Below, one piece after another: positions 25,046 to 33,899 of a DNA stretch of 64,000 bases. The number at the start of each line of letters is the position of its first letter. Position 1 is the stretch's first letter. Below the pieces are notes generated by a model. It did no database searches. It had not been told where the DNA came from and was given only the letters and a program-made list of their open reading frames with translations. The stretch is from Tagaea sp. (GTDB taxonomy: Bacteria > Pseudomonadota > Alphaproteobacteria > CACIAM-22H2), in contig CBDIIB010000004.1 of the NCBI GenBank assembly GCA_965279525.1, positions 544,001 to 608,000 on the forward strand. Reading direction: 5' to 3'. The position numbers and the translations under genes are program-made.

Positions 25046-25064
25046 CGGCGCTGCCTTACCTCAA

Positions 25065-25838
25065 TCAGTGATTCAGGATCTGCGACAGGAAGAGCTTCGT
25101 GCGCTCGTTCTGGGGATTCGAGAAGAACGCTTCCGGCTCGTTTGCCTCGACGATCTCGCCCTTGTCCATGAACACGACCTTGTCGGCCACGGCCTTGGCG
25201 AAGCCCATCTCGTGCGTGACGCAGATCATCGTCATGCCTTCGCGCGCCAGCGACACCATCGTGTCGAGAACTTCCTTGACCATTTCCGGATCGAGGGCCG
25301 AGGTCGGCTCGTCGAACAGCATGATCTTCGGCTTCATGCACAGCGATCGAGCTATCGCGACGCGCTGCTGCTGGCCGCCCGAAAGCTGGCCCGGATACTT
25401 GTTCGCCTGCTCGGGGATGCGCACGCGGTTGAGGAAGAACATCGCCGTTTCTTCGGCTTCCTTCTTCGGCACCTTGCGGACCCAGATGGGGGCGAGCGTC
25501 AGGTTTTCGAGCACGGTCAAATGCGGGAACAGGTTGAAGTGCTGGAACACCATGCCCACCTCGCGGCGGATCGCCTCGATGTTCTTGAGGTCGTTCGTCA
25601 GTTCGATGCCGTCGACGATCAGATCGCCCTTCTGGTGCTCTTCCAGCCGGTTGATGCAGCGGATCATCGTGGACTTGCCGGACCCCGAGGGACCGCACAC
25701 CACGATCTTCTGGCCGCGCCGGCACTCGAAATCGATGTCCTTGAGGACGTGGAATTCGCCGTACCACTTGTTCAGCTTCTTGAGCTGGATCATCGGCGGT
25801 TCGGAAGTCTTGGCGGCCTGGGCTGCGGTCATGTGCAA
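25065..25838 (-). CDS. aapP: General L-amino acid ABC transporter ATPase
   Basis: [33 protein letters not shown]. Confidence 0.92.
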   Translation of the reverse strand: MHMTAAQAAKTSEPPMIQLKKLNKWYGEFHVLKDIDFECRRGQKIVVCGPSGSGKSTMIRCINRLEEHQKGDLIVDGIELTNDLKNIEAIRREVGMVFQHFNLFPHLTVLENLTLAPIWVRKVPKKEAEETAMFFLNRVRIPEQANKYPGQLSGGQQQRVAIARSLCMKPKIMLFDEPTSALDPEMVKEVLDTMVSLAREGMTMICVTHEMGFAKAVADKVVFMDKGEIVEANEPEAFFSNPQNERTKLFLSQILNH

Positions 25839-25864
25839 GTCACTCCGTCAGTAGCGATTGAGGA

Positions 25865-26968
25865 TCAGCGATGGTGGCTGCGGTTGAGCTCGTGCTCGAC
25901 CTGCTGGCTGTATTTCGACATCGCGAAACAGAACACGAAGTAGATCAGCGACACCCCGAAATAGACATCCGGGCCGAATCCGCGCCAGGCGGGATCGCTC
26001 ACCGCGGTCTTGGCCGCGTTGAGAATGTCGAGAAGACCGATGATCAGGACGAGCGAGGTGTCCTTGAACAGGCCGATGAAGGTATTGACCATCGGCGGAA
26101 TGACCATGCGAAGGGCCTGCGGCAGGACGATCTTGCCGGTGGCCTGCCAATAGGACAGGCCAAGCGCGTCGGCTGCCTCGTACTGCCCCTTCGGGAGGGC
26201 CTGCAGGCCGCCGCGCACCACTTCGGCGAGATAGGCGCCGGCGAAGCCGATGATCGCGATCTGCGCGCGCAGCAGCTTGTCGATCGTGATGCCTTCCGGC
26301 AGGAACAGCGGAAACATGACCGATGCCATGAACAGCAGGCTGATCAGCGGCACGCCGCGGATGAGTTCGATGTAGACGACGCACAGCGTCTTGATCGCCG
26401 GCATGTGCGATCGCCGCCCGAGGGCCAGCAGGATCGCGAGCGGGAACGCGAGCGCGATACCGAAGGTCGACAGGATCAGCGTCAGGACGAGTCCGCCCCA
26501 ACGCTCCTGCGGCACGAAGCTGAGACCGAGGATGCCGCCCCACATGATCACGGCGATCGAGACGAGGCCGACGATCCAGACGAGCGGCAGGCGCGCGTTC
26601 CAGTTCACGCGCATCGCGCTGTAGATGTAGAGCGCGAAGAAGATCACGCAGGAGATCGCGGGCCGCCACTGCTCTTCGTAGGGATATGTGGCGAAGAGAA
26701 TGAACCGCCACTTCTCGGGAAAGACCGCCCAGCAGGCACCGATCCCCTTGACGGCGCGGCAGTCTGCGGCCGGGCCGTACCACACCGCATTGAAGACGCC
26801 CCAGCCGAGGAACCAGATCAGCGTCTTGCCGACCAGATAGAGCAGGACAAGCGAAAGGGCCGTGTTCCACCAGCTCGAGAAGAAATTCGCGCGCACCCAT
26901 TTGGCCGCTTTCGAATCCATCACGCCGCCGGAAGGGCCGCCGATCGTCGCGGTATGACCGTTCGCCAT
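25865..26968 (-). CDS. aapM: General L-amino acid ABC transporter permease
   Basis: IRGVPLI, AYLAEVVRGGLQALPKGQYEAA, FKDTSLV. Confidence 0.9.
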   Translation of the reverse strand: MANGHTATIGGPSGGVMDSKAAKWVRANFFSSWWNTALSLVLLYLVGKTLIWFLGWGVFNAVWYGPAADCRAVKGIGACWAVFPEKWRFILFATYPYEEQWRPAISCVIFFALYIYSAMRVNWNARLPLVWIVGLVSIAVIMWGGILGLSFVPQERWGGLVLTLILSTFGIALAFPLAILLALGRRSHMPAIKTLCVVYIELIRGVPLISLLFMASVMFPLFLPEGITIDKLLRAQIAIIGFAGAYLAEVVRGGLQALPKGQYEAADALGLSYWQATGKIVLPQALRMVIPPMVNTFIGLFKDTSLVLIIGLLDILNAAKTAVSDPAWRGFGPDVYFGVSLIYFVFCFAMSKYSQQVEHELNRSHHR

Positions 26969-26971
26969 CTC

Positions 26972-28171
26972 TCAGCGCTCCTTGAAGGCGATACGCTTGT
27001 TGTACCAGTTCATGAACACCGAGATCGAAAGACTGACGGTCAGGTAGGCCGCCATGATGATCGAGATGCCTTCGATGGCCTGGCCGGTCTGGTTCAAGGT
27101 CGTGTTGGCGATCGAAACGAGATCGGGATAGCCGATCGCCACGGCAAGCGACGAGTTCTTGGTCAGGTTCAGGAACTGGCTGGTCATCGGCGGGATGATT
27201 ACGCGCAAGGCCTGCGGCAGGATCACGAGTTGGAGCATCGGCCCCTTGCGGATACCGAGAGCCGAGGCGGCTTCGGTCTGCCCATGCGGAACGGCGAGGA
27301 TGCCCGCACGCACGATCTCAGCGATGAACCCGGCCGTATATGTGATGAGCCCGACCACCAGTGCGGCAAACTCCGGGGTCATCGTCAGGCCACCCTGGAA
27401 ATTGAAACCGCGCATGACCGGCCAGTCCATCGCGATCGGCGCACCGCCAAGCAGCCAGACGACGAAGGGCAACCCGAATATCAGGCCGATCGCCGTCAGA
27501 AATACCGGGAACTGCTCGCCCGTCGCCGCCTGTCGTGCAGCGGCCCAACGCTTCATGAAAAAGGCCGCCACAATGCCGATGACGAGTGCCGCACCCATCC
27601 AGACGTGGATCCAGTGTTCGGCCGGAATCGGAAGCTTGATGCCACGGTTGGAGAGGAACACGCCCGGAAGCGGCTGCAGCGCCTCGCGCGGCCCCGGAAA
27701 GGCATCCTGGAAAATCGCCCACCAGAAAAACAGCTGCACGAGCAGCGGAAGATTCCGCATGAATTCGACATAGACCGAGCAGGATTTGGCCACGAGCCAG
27801 TTCTTGGACAGGCGGCCGATGCCGATGACCGTGCCAAGGATCGTCGCGAAGAAGATGCCGACGACCGCGACGCGCAGCGTATTGAGGATCCCGACCCACA
27901 ATGCGCGACCATAGGAGTGTTCCGGCTCGAATTCGATTACGGACTCGCCGATCGCGAAACCGGCTTCGCGGGTCAGGAAGTCCCACCCCGTCGCGATCGC
28001 CCGGACTTCAAGATTGCGCAACGTATTGGAAATCAGCCACCAGACGATCAACCCGAAGCCGCCGATGACGACGACCTGCCAGAAAATCGCCCGGAATGTC
28101 GGATCGTTGAGCGACATGCGCATGGCGCTGCCGCTTGGCCGCCCACCGGAGCCTGCCGAAATTCCGGCCAT
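26972..28171 (-). CDS. aapQ: General L-amino acid ABC transporter permease
   Basis: GILNTL, RNLPLLVQL, AEIVRAGI..GQTEAA, KNSSLAVAIGYPDL. Confidence 0.9.
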   Translation of the reverse strand: MAGISAGSGGRPSGSAMRMSLNDPTFRAIFWQVVVIGGFGLIVWWLISNTLRNLEVRAIATGWDFLTREAGFAIGESVIEFEPEHSYGRALWVGILNTLRVAVVGIFFATILGTVIGIGRLSKNWLVAKSCSVYVEFMRNLPLLVQLFFWWAIFQDAFPGPREALQPLPGVFLSNRGIKLPIPAEHWIHVWMGAALVIGIVAAFFMKRWAAARQAATGEQFPVFLTAIGLIFGLPFVVWLLGGAPIAMDWPVMRGFNFQGGLTMTPEFAALVVGLITYTAGFIAEIVRAGILAVPHGQTEAASALGIRKGPMLQLVILPQALRVIIPPMTSQFLNLTKNSSLAVAIGYPDLVSIANTTLNQTGQAIEGISIIMAAYLTVSLSISVFMNWYNKRIAFKER

Positions 28172-28258
28172 CGCTCCACCCCTCCGCTCGCTGTTTACTC
28201 TCTACCGGTCGGACCTGCGGCTCTTGATCGGCCGCATCGGTGGTCCTTCAAGAAACGG

Positions 28259-28296
28259 GCCATCGGCGTCCGGGGCTGCCCCCGGACGCCGACGGC
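28259..28296 (-). terminator. Intercistronic stem-loop after aapJ
   Basis: GCCATCGGCGTCCGGGG / CCCCGGACGCCGACGGC near-perfect inverted repeat. Confidence 0.65.
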
Positions 28297-28303
28297 TGCC
28301 GTT

Positions 28304-29332
28304 TTAGCGCACCGGCGGAACGTACATGATGCCGCCGTTGGTCCACAGGTTGTTGACACCGCGCTCGATGCCGAGCGGCGTCACGTTGCGGGTGAAGCTT
28401 TCGCCGTAGTTCCCGACCTGCTTGACGATGTTGTAGGCCCACTTGTTGTCGATACCCATCATCGCGCCGAGGCCGCCCGTGGCGCCCACGAAACGCTGGA
28501 TGGCCGGGTTCGTCGAGGTGAGCTGCGAGTCGATGTTGGTCGAGGAAAGGCCGATTTCCTCGGCTTCCACCATCGCCGCGAGCGACCAACGCACGATGTC
28601 GGCCCAACGCTGGTCGCCGTGGCGGACCGACGGACCGAGAGGCTCCTTCGAGATCACTTCCGGCAGGATCACGTGGTCGGCCGGATTCGGCGTGTTCGAC
28701 GCGCGCACCGACGCGAGGCCCGACACGTCGGTCGTGAACGAGTCACAACGGCCGGCGAGATATGCCGCGATGTTCTCTTCAAGACGCTCGATGACGACCG
28801 GTGTGAAACGGATGCGGTTGGCGCGGAAATAGTCGGCGAGGTTGAGTTCGGTCGTCGTGCCCGGCTGCACGCAGATCGTGGCGCCGTTGAGTTCCTTGGC
28901 GCTCTTGATGTTGGCAGACTTCTTCACCATGAAGCCCTGGCCGTCGTAGAAGTTGACGCCGACGAAGTCGAGGCCGAGCGAGGTGTCGCGCGACAGCGTC
29001 CAGGTCGTGTTGCGCGCGAGGATATCGACCTCGCCGGACTGGATTGCCGTGAAGCGCTGCTGGGCGGTGAGCGCCGTGTAGCGGACCTTCGTGGCATCGC
29101 CGAAAACGGCTGCCGCGACCGCGCGGCAAGAGTCGACGTCGAGGCCGGTCCACACGCCCTGCGCGTTCGGCATGCCGAAGCCGGCAACGCTGCCGTTGGC
29201 GCCGCATTGGACGAAGCCGCGCGCCTTCACGGCGTCGAGCGTGGGCGAAGAAGCCGGCGCCTGCGCCTGCGCCGGAACGGCAGCGGCGATCGCAACGACG
29301 GCCGTCGCGAGAACGGTAGCCATGGTTTTCAT
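28304..29332 (-). CDS. aapJ: General L-amino acid ABC transporter substrate-binding protein
   Basis: Signal peptide; GLDVDSCRAVAAA; SGEVDILARNTTWT; YDGQG; ISKEPLGP; VGNYGE. Confidence 0.93.
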   Translation of the reverse strand: MKTMATVLATAVVAIAAAVPAQAQAPASSPTLDAVKARGFVQCGANGSVAGFGMPNAQGVWTGLDVDSCRAVAAAVFGDATKVRYTALTAQQRFTAIQSGEVDILARNTTWTLSRDTSLGLDFVGVNFYDGQGFMVKKSANIKSAKELNGATICVQPGTTTELNLADYFRANRIRFTPVVIERLEENIAAYLAGRCDSFTTDVSGLASVRASNTPNPADHVILPEVISKEPLGPSVRHGDQRWADIVRWSLAAMVEAEEIGLSSTNIDSQLTSTNPAIQRFVGATGGLGAMMGIDNKWAYNIVKQVGNYGESFTRNVTPLGIERGVNNLWTNGGIMYVPPVR

Positions 29333-29551
29333 GAATTGAACTCCCTGTCGGATCGGATGATTTCTAAGAACCAGCTCGGCGGAAGCGTTAACCCCGGAAA
29401 AGGCCGCTTTGCCAAGCCAAGAAGCAGGACGCTAACACGGCGTAGGAACCGGTCTCAATCGGTTTGTATCGATACGTTGTGGGGTTGGTCGATGCGTGCG
29501 GCCGGCGCTATAGTCGCGGGCTTTCCTCAAGAAAACAGGCGATTTGCGAAT

Positions 29552-30736
29552 ATGAAGCCCGAAACGAAGGTCACCACGCTCGGTCGCGACCCAGAAGCGA
29601 ATTTCGGCGTCGTCAATCCACCGGTCTATCACGCGTCGACGATCCTTTTCCCGACGCTTGACGCCCTCGATGCCGTCCAGAAGACGAAACACAAGGGGCA
29701 GATGCGATACGGCCGGTATGGCACGCCGACGACATTCGCCTTGCAGGACGCGATCGCGGAACTTGAAGGCGGCTACGCTACATTCGCCGTCGGCTCCGGA
29801 GCGGCCGCGATCGTTTCGACCCTGATGGCCTTCACCAAATCCGGCGACCATGTCCTGTGCGTCGATACGGCCTACGGTCCGACGCGGCGCTACCTCGACG
29901 TCGTCCTCAAGCGCTACGGCGTCGAGACCACATACTACGATCCGATGATCGGCAGCGGCATCGCCGCCCTCATCCGGCCGAACACGACTTTGTGCATACT
30001 GGAATCACCGGGCACCATGACGTTCGAGATACAGGACGTGCCGGCGATCGTCGCGGCGTGCAAGACGAAGGGTGTGGCGACCGCGCTCGACAATACTTGG
30101 GCAACGCCGCTCTACTTCCGTCCGCTCGATCTCGGCGTCGACGTGTCCGTGATGGCCGGCACGAAGTATGTCGGCGGGCATTCCGACATCATGATGGGGC
30201 TCATCACCGTGCGCGACGAGGAGGTCTACAAGACCATGCGCGCGGCGGTCGACGAGTTGGGCGCATGCACGGGCCCGGACGACCAGTACCTCGCGTTGCG
30301 CGGCCTGCGCACGCTCGGCGTGCGGATGCCGCGGCATTTCGAGACGGGCGTGACGCTTGCGAAATGGCTGCAGAACCAGCCCGAGGTATCGCGCGTGCTG
30401 CACCCCGCCCTGCCCGACTTCCCGGGCCACGCGCTGTGGAAGCGGGATTTCAAGGGCGCCTCGGGCCTGTTCAGCTTCGTGCTGAAGCCGCTTCCGCGTG
30501 CCGCACTCGCCGCGATGGTCGACGACCTCGAGTTCTATGGCATGGGATTCTCATGGGGCGGCTTCGAGAGCCTGATGGTCCCCTCCGACGTGCGTGCGAA
30601 CCGGACCGCGACGCCATGGACCGACGCCGGCCAACTCGTGCGCGTCCATGCCGGTCTCGAAGCACCCGAGGACCTGATCGCCGATCTCGACCGCGGTTTC
30701 CAGCGCCTGCGCAAGGTCGCGCGCGAACAAGGCTGA
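29552..30736 (+). CDS. metC: Cystathionine beta-lyase
   Basis: VNPPVYHAST, YGRYGTPT, DNTWAT, TKYVGGHSD PLP lysine, SWGGFES; divergent from aapJ. Confidence 0.93.
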   Translation: MKPETKVTTLGRDPEANFGVVNPPVYHASTILFPTLDALDAVQKTKHKGQMRYGRYGTPTTFALQDAIAELEGGYATFAVGSGAAAIVSTLMAFTKSGDHVLCVDTAYGPTRRYLDVVLKRYGVETTYYDPMIGSGIAALIRPNTTLCILESPGTMTFEIQDVPAIVAACKTKGVATALDNTWATPLYFRPLDLGVDVSVMAGTKYVGGHSDIMMGLITVRDEEVYKTMRAAVDELGACTGPDDQYLALRGLRTLGVRMPRHFETGVTLAKWLQNQPEVSRVLHPALPDFPGHALWKRDFKGASGLFSFVLKPLPRAALAAMVDDLEFYGMGFSWGGFESLMVPSDVRANRTATPWTDAGQLVRVHAGLEAPEDLIADLDRGFQRLRKVAREQG

Positions 30737-30739
30737 CGC

Positions 30740-31132
30740 ATGGAGCCGCTCGATGACCTGCTGGCAGAGATCGCGTTCGACGCGCAGGGGCTTGTCGTCG
30801 CGATCGCCCAGCAGCACGACAGCGGCGAAGTCCTGATGGTCGCGTGGATGAACCGCGATGCCGTGCGCGAGACGTTGCGCACCGGTACCGCGTGCTACTG
30901 GTCGCGTTCGCGAATGAAACTGTGGCGCAAGGGCGAGAGTTCGGGCCAGGCGCAGCGTCTCGTGGAACTGCGCATCGACTGCGACGGCGACGCGATCCTG
31001 CTGCGCGTCGATCAAACCGGCGTGGCTTGCCATACCGGGCGCCGGGATTGCTTTTTCCGCGTCGTGCGCGACGGACGGTTCGTCGTCGACCGTCCGGTTC
31101 TCGTCGATCCCAAGTCGCTCTATGGCGGGTAA
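30740..31132 (+). CDS. hisI: Phosphoribosyl-AMP cyclohydrolase
   Basis: YWSRSR..LWRKGESSG, DCDGDA, ACHTGRRDCF. Confidence 0.95.
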   Translation: MEPLDDLLAEIAFDAQGLVVAIAQQHDSGEVLMVAWMNRDAVRETLRTGTACYWSRSRMKLWRKGESSGQAQRLVELRIDCDGDAILLRVDQTGVACHTGRRDCFFRVVRDGRFVVDRPVLVDPKSLYGG

Positions 31133-31511
31133 GCGGCCGCCCGCCGCGCGTGCGGAGGGCCCGCGCCTGCGTATCCTGCTCGGCGAGGCGATCGCGCTCG
31201 GGCCAGGCAAGGCCGCCTTGCTCGCGGCGATCGGACAGACCGGCTCGATTTCCGCCGCGGCGCGCGCGATGGGCATGAGCTACCGGCGCGCGTGGACTCT
31301 CGTCGACGAGATGAACCGGGCGTTCCGGGCACCTCTTGTCGCCAGCGAGGCCGGCGGCCGGCGCGGTGGCGGTGCGGTCGTGACCGTACTCGGCAACGAC
31401 GTCCTCGCCCGATATCGCCGGATGGAAGCGATGGCGAGGCGCGCCCTGGCAGACGAAATTTCGGCTTTCCGGCGCCTGTTGCGGACCGACGCCGGCCCGA
31501 GCAGCGATTGA
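31122..31511 (+). CDS. ModE-family winged-HTH regulator lacking the molybdate-binding domain
   Basis: LGPGKAALL..I.QTGSISAAARAMGMSYRRAW.LV.EMN; GGRRGGGA. Confidence 0.88.
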   Translation: MAGKRPPAARAEGPRLRILLGEAIALGPGKAALLAAIGQTGSISAAARAMGMSYRRAWTLVDEMNRAFRAPLVASEAGGRRGGGAVVTVLGNDVLARYRRMEAMARRALADEISAFRRLLRTDAGPSSD

Positions 31512-31555
31512 AGGAAAATCCGTAAGTATCTGTAAAAAAATGCGTATATTTCGTT

Positions 31556-31571
31556 TTAACAAATTTTTACC
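31556..31571. promoter_or_regulatory. CtrA-box-like site in an AT-rich promoter
   Basis: TTAA-CAAATTT-TTACC, one mismatch to TTAA-N7-TTAAC. Confidence 0.5.
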
Positions 31572-31678
31572 AAAGTGCTTGTTTTCGTTGCGATACTCGA
31601 ATTTGGCGCTTATATTGCGAAGTAACTACGGATCGGTCGAATACCGTCCGCGAAATGGCTGTCAGAAGGACTGTCGCA

Positions 31679-32101
31679 ATGGTGGCTCTGCCGCCGATCA
31701 CCGCAACGTCGACCCTGCCGGGCTTTGCTCGGCCGGTTCCCGTTTCGCAGCCCACCCCGGCGGCGCAGGCCGCACGCGGCGGCGCTGGCGCGTCGATTGG
31801 TGGCGGTGCGGCGTCCTCGGCCATCGCCAACCAGTCGCGGCAGACCCTCGTTGAAGCTTCAAAGAAGGCAGTTGCAGGCGACCCCGCGGCGGAAACCGAA
31901 GCCAAGCCGCGCGCCCAGCTTCCGTCCCCGCCTTTCTCGCAGAATGTCGGGCTTTACGTGAATTCGACGCGCGTGTTCGTCGATATCGTCCTTTCCGGCG
32001 ACGAGAACCGGCGCGTGGCCCGGGTATTCGGAACGCCGCCGGCACCGCCGCCGCCCGGTCGCAGCGGCGCCACGCGCGATCCGATCAATTTCGTCGCCTG
32101 A
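31679..32101 (+). CDS. Hypothetical protein, low-complexity N-terminus, possibly FlaG-like C-terminus
   Basis: AGAAGGA RBS before ATG 31679; open frame filling the intergenic space. Confidence 0.6.
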   Translation: MVALPPITATSTLPGFARPVPVSQPTPAAQAARGGAGASIGGGAASSAIANQSRQTLVEASKKAVAGDPAAETEAKPRAQLPSPPFSQNVGLYVNSTRVFVDIVLSGDENRRVARVFGTPPAPPPPGRSGATRDPINFVA

Positions 32102-32228
32102 TTTCACGATTTTTCCTGCGGTCCCTTCGTCCCGACGACCCCGCGATTCCGGATTTTCGAAGCGAGACAGGGACGGATGAAATCGTCTAGGTTTTGCCCG
32201 GAACGACACTGACGCGGCGCACCAGACG

Positions 32229-32558
32229 ATGAACGAACTCGGCGACACGCTGAAAAGCCTAGATGCCGTAGGTCCGGAAAAAGCCCTAGGCGTATTCGTT
32301 GCCGCGGTCCGCAGCGCGGTACCCGACGCGCCCGCGTGCTATTTCGACCTCATGTCGGCAGAGGATGCCGAGCGCCGCCGCCTGCAGCGGCAGTGCGAGA
32401 CCCATTTCAAGTCGTTGCCGCTGTCGGTGCGCGAAGTCATCCGCCGCGAAGCGATCGTCAAGGCACAGGAGATCGTGCAGAGCCCGTTCGAGCGTCTCGC
32501 CGCATCGATGACGTCGTCGATGGAAGAGACGAGCCTGGACGACCTTTTCCCGAAGTGA
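32229..32558 (+). CDS. Hypothetical helical protein
   Basis: 109-aa ORF with host-like codon usage; acidic C-terminus SMEETSLDDLFPK. Confidence 0.65.
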   Translation: MNELGDTLKSLDAVGPEKALGVFVAAVRSAVPDAPACYFDLMSAEDAERRRLQRQCETHFKSLPLSVREVIRREAIVKAQEIVQSPFERLAASMTSSMEETSLDDLFPK

Positions 32559-32575
32559 TGTCCCGCCCGGGCGGC

Positions 32576-32652
32576 TGGCGAGCCCAGCTGGATTCGAACC
32601 AGCGACCTACAGCTTAGAAGGCTGTTGCTCTATCCAGCTGAGCTATGGGCCC
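32576..32652 (-). tRNA. tRNA-Arg (TCT)
   Basis: GGGCCCATAGCTCAGCTGGATAGAGC..ACAGC-CTTCTAA-GCTGT..GGTTCGAATCC..GCCA. Confidence 0.96.
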
Positions 32653-32668
32653 GTCCGGCGCGCGAAGA

Positions 32669-32968
32669 TCAGCGGATCCGGTCGAATTTGAAATTGTCGG
32701 CGTATGCCTTCGGTCTCACGCGAACCGAATTCGCCACGCCGATCTCGTAAGCGATCTCGTGGCGGCCGGCATAGGCGATGGCCTCGTCCTGGCTGGCGAA
32801 GTGCAGCTGGACCTGGCCTTGCGTGTCGGCCGATCCGGCCCAGCCCATCAGCGCATCGGGTCGCTTCGCGGCTGCCGGCTCGAACTCGAGCACCCACGCC
32901 TTGCACTTGGCGCGGCCTGACTGCATGGCGGTCTTGGTCGGCTTGAAGATGCGGGCGGGCTTGGTCAT
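32669..32968 (-). CDS. ETC complex I subunit (NDUFS4-like)
   Basis: ARIFKPTKTAMQSG..WVLEFE..DALMGWAGSADT..QV.LHF..KAYADNF. Confidence 0.92.
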   Translation of the reverse strand: MTKPARIFKPTKTAMQSGRAKCKAWVLEFEPAAAKRPDALMGWAGSADTQGQVQLHFASQDEAIAYAGRHEIAYEIGVANSVRVRPKAYADNFKFDRIR

Positions 32969-33133
32969 GGCGCGAAGAGTCCCCTGTCGATCGGCGGACT
33001 TTACCATCGTTTGCGCGGCAGGCAACTCGCCGGCCACAACCGCAAAGCACCGGGCCTTCCCGGCGTCGGGAAGGCACGAGAAACTCCGGGCATGGCCAAT
33101 TTTCGACCTCAACCAATCACTTATTAATCCTTT

Positions 33134-33150
33134 ACCATTCCTCCAATGGT
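33134..33150. promoter_or_regulatory. Palindromic operator-like site upstream of the GntR gene
   Basis: ACCATT-CCTCC-AATGGT; further CCAAT copies at about 33096 and 33113. Confidence 0.4.
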
Positions 33151-33212
33151 TGCCCGCATTTGGGGACTATGGTATTTCGGCCGTCGATCGATTTTTTGTC
33201 AGGGCCAAGAAC

Positions 33213-33899
33213 ATGGATGGAGACCAGACGCCCAAGGAACGCCCCGACGTGGTGTCGGCGCTGCGTGCGTTTCTGGCCAGCGTGCAATTGCCCGACAACG
33301 GCCGATTGCCCAACGAACGCGATCTGGCGGCAAGGCTCGGCATCACGCGCGCGGAACTGCGCAAGGGGCTGGCGGTCCTGGAAGGCGAAGGTCAGCTCTG
33401 GCGGCGCGTCGGAACCGGAACCTTCGTCGGCCCGAAGCCGCCGCAGATGCTCGACATCGCCGAACTGGCCGAGCGGACCAACGCGCTCCAGATGATGCGT
33501 GCGCGCATCGCGCTGGAGCCGGAACTCGCCCATCTTGCGGCCCTGAACATCTCGGCGGCCGAGATCGCCGAACTGCAGGCGCTGAACAAGGCCTGCCGGT
33601 CGGCGAAAAACTGGCGCGAGTACGAAGCCTTAGACGCGCGGTTCCATCACGGGATCGCCGAGGCCGCGCGCAACCCCGTCCTGCTGGCGATGCTGGACAC
33701 GCTCAACGGCGTGCGTCGTGCGGTCACGTGGGGGCGCCCCCGCCCCGAAGGCGACCGCCCGTCGACGGCTCACCACAGCTTCACCGACCACGACGCGATC
33801 GTCGACGCGATTTCCCACGGCGAACCGCTCAAGGCGGCGGAATCGATGCGGCGCCACCTCCAGACGGTCGAGGACCGGCTCGTCGGCCGCCTGCCCTAA
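33213..33899 (+). CDS. GntR/FadR-family regulator (FCD domain)
   Basis: RLPNERDLAARLGITRAELRKGL..LEGEG..GTGTFV; DARFHHGIAEAARN. Confidence 0.92.
   Translation: MDGDQTPKERPDVVSALRAFLASVQLPDNGRLPNERDLAARLGITRAELRKGLAVLEGEGQLWRRVGTGTFVGPKPPQMLDIAELAERTNALQMMRARIALEPELAHLAALNISAAEIAELQALNKACRSAKNWREYEALDARFHHGIAEAARNPVLLAMLDTLNGVRRAVTWGRPRPEGDRPSTAHHSFTDHDAIVDAISHGEPLKAAESMRRHLQTVEDRLVGRLP

Noticed and set aside
25871-29551. Apparent 1621-aa ORF extending metC upstream
   Set aside because: Stop-free antisense frame of aapMQJ that happens to be in frame with metC; MetC motifs begin at 29552
21989-30736. nudF-cysK-sseA-GNAT-aap-metC as a novel sulfur system
   Set aside because: All are recognisable families in an arrangement I recall as common in alphaproteobacteria
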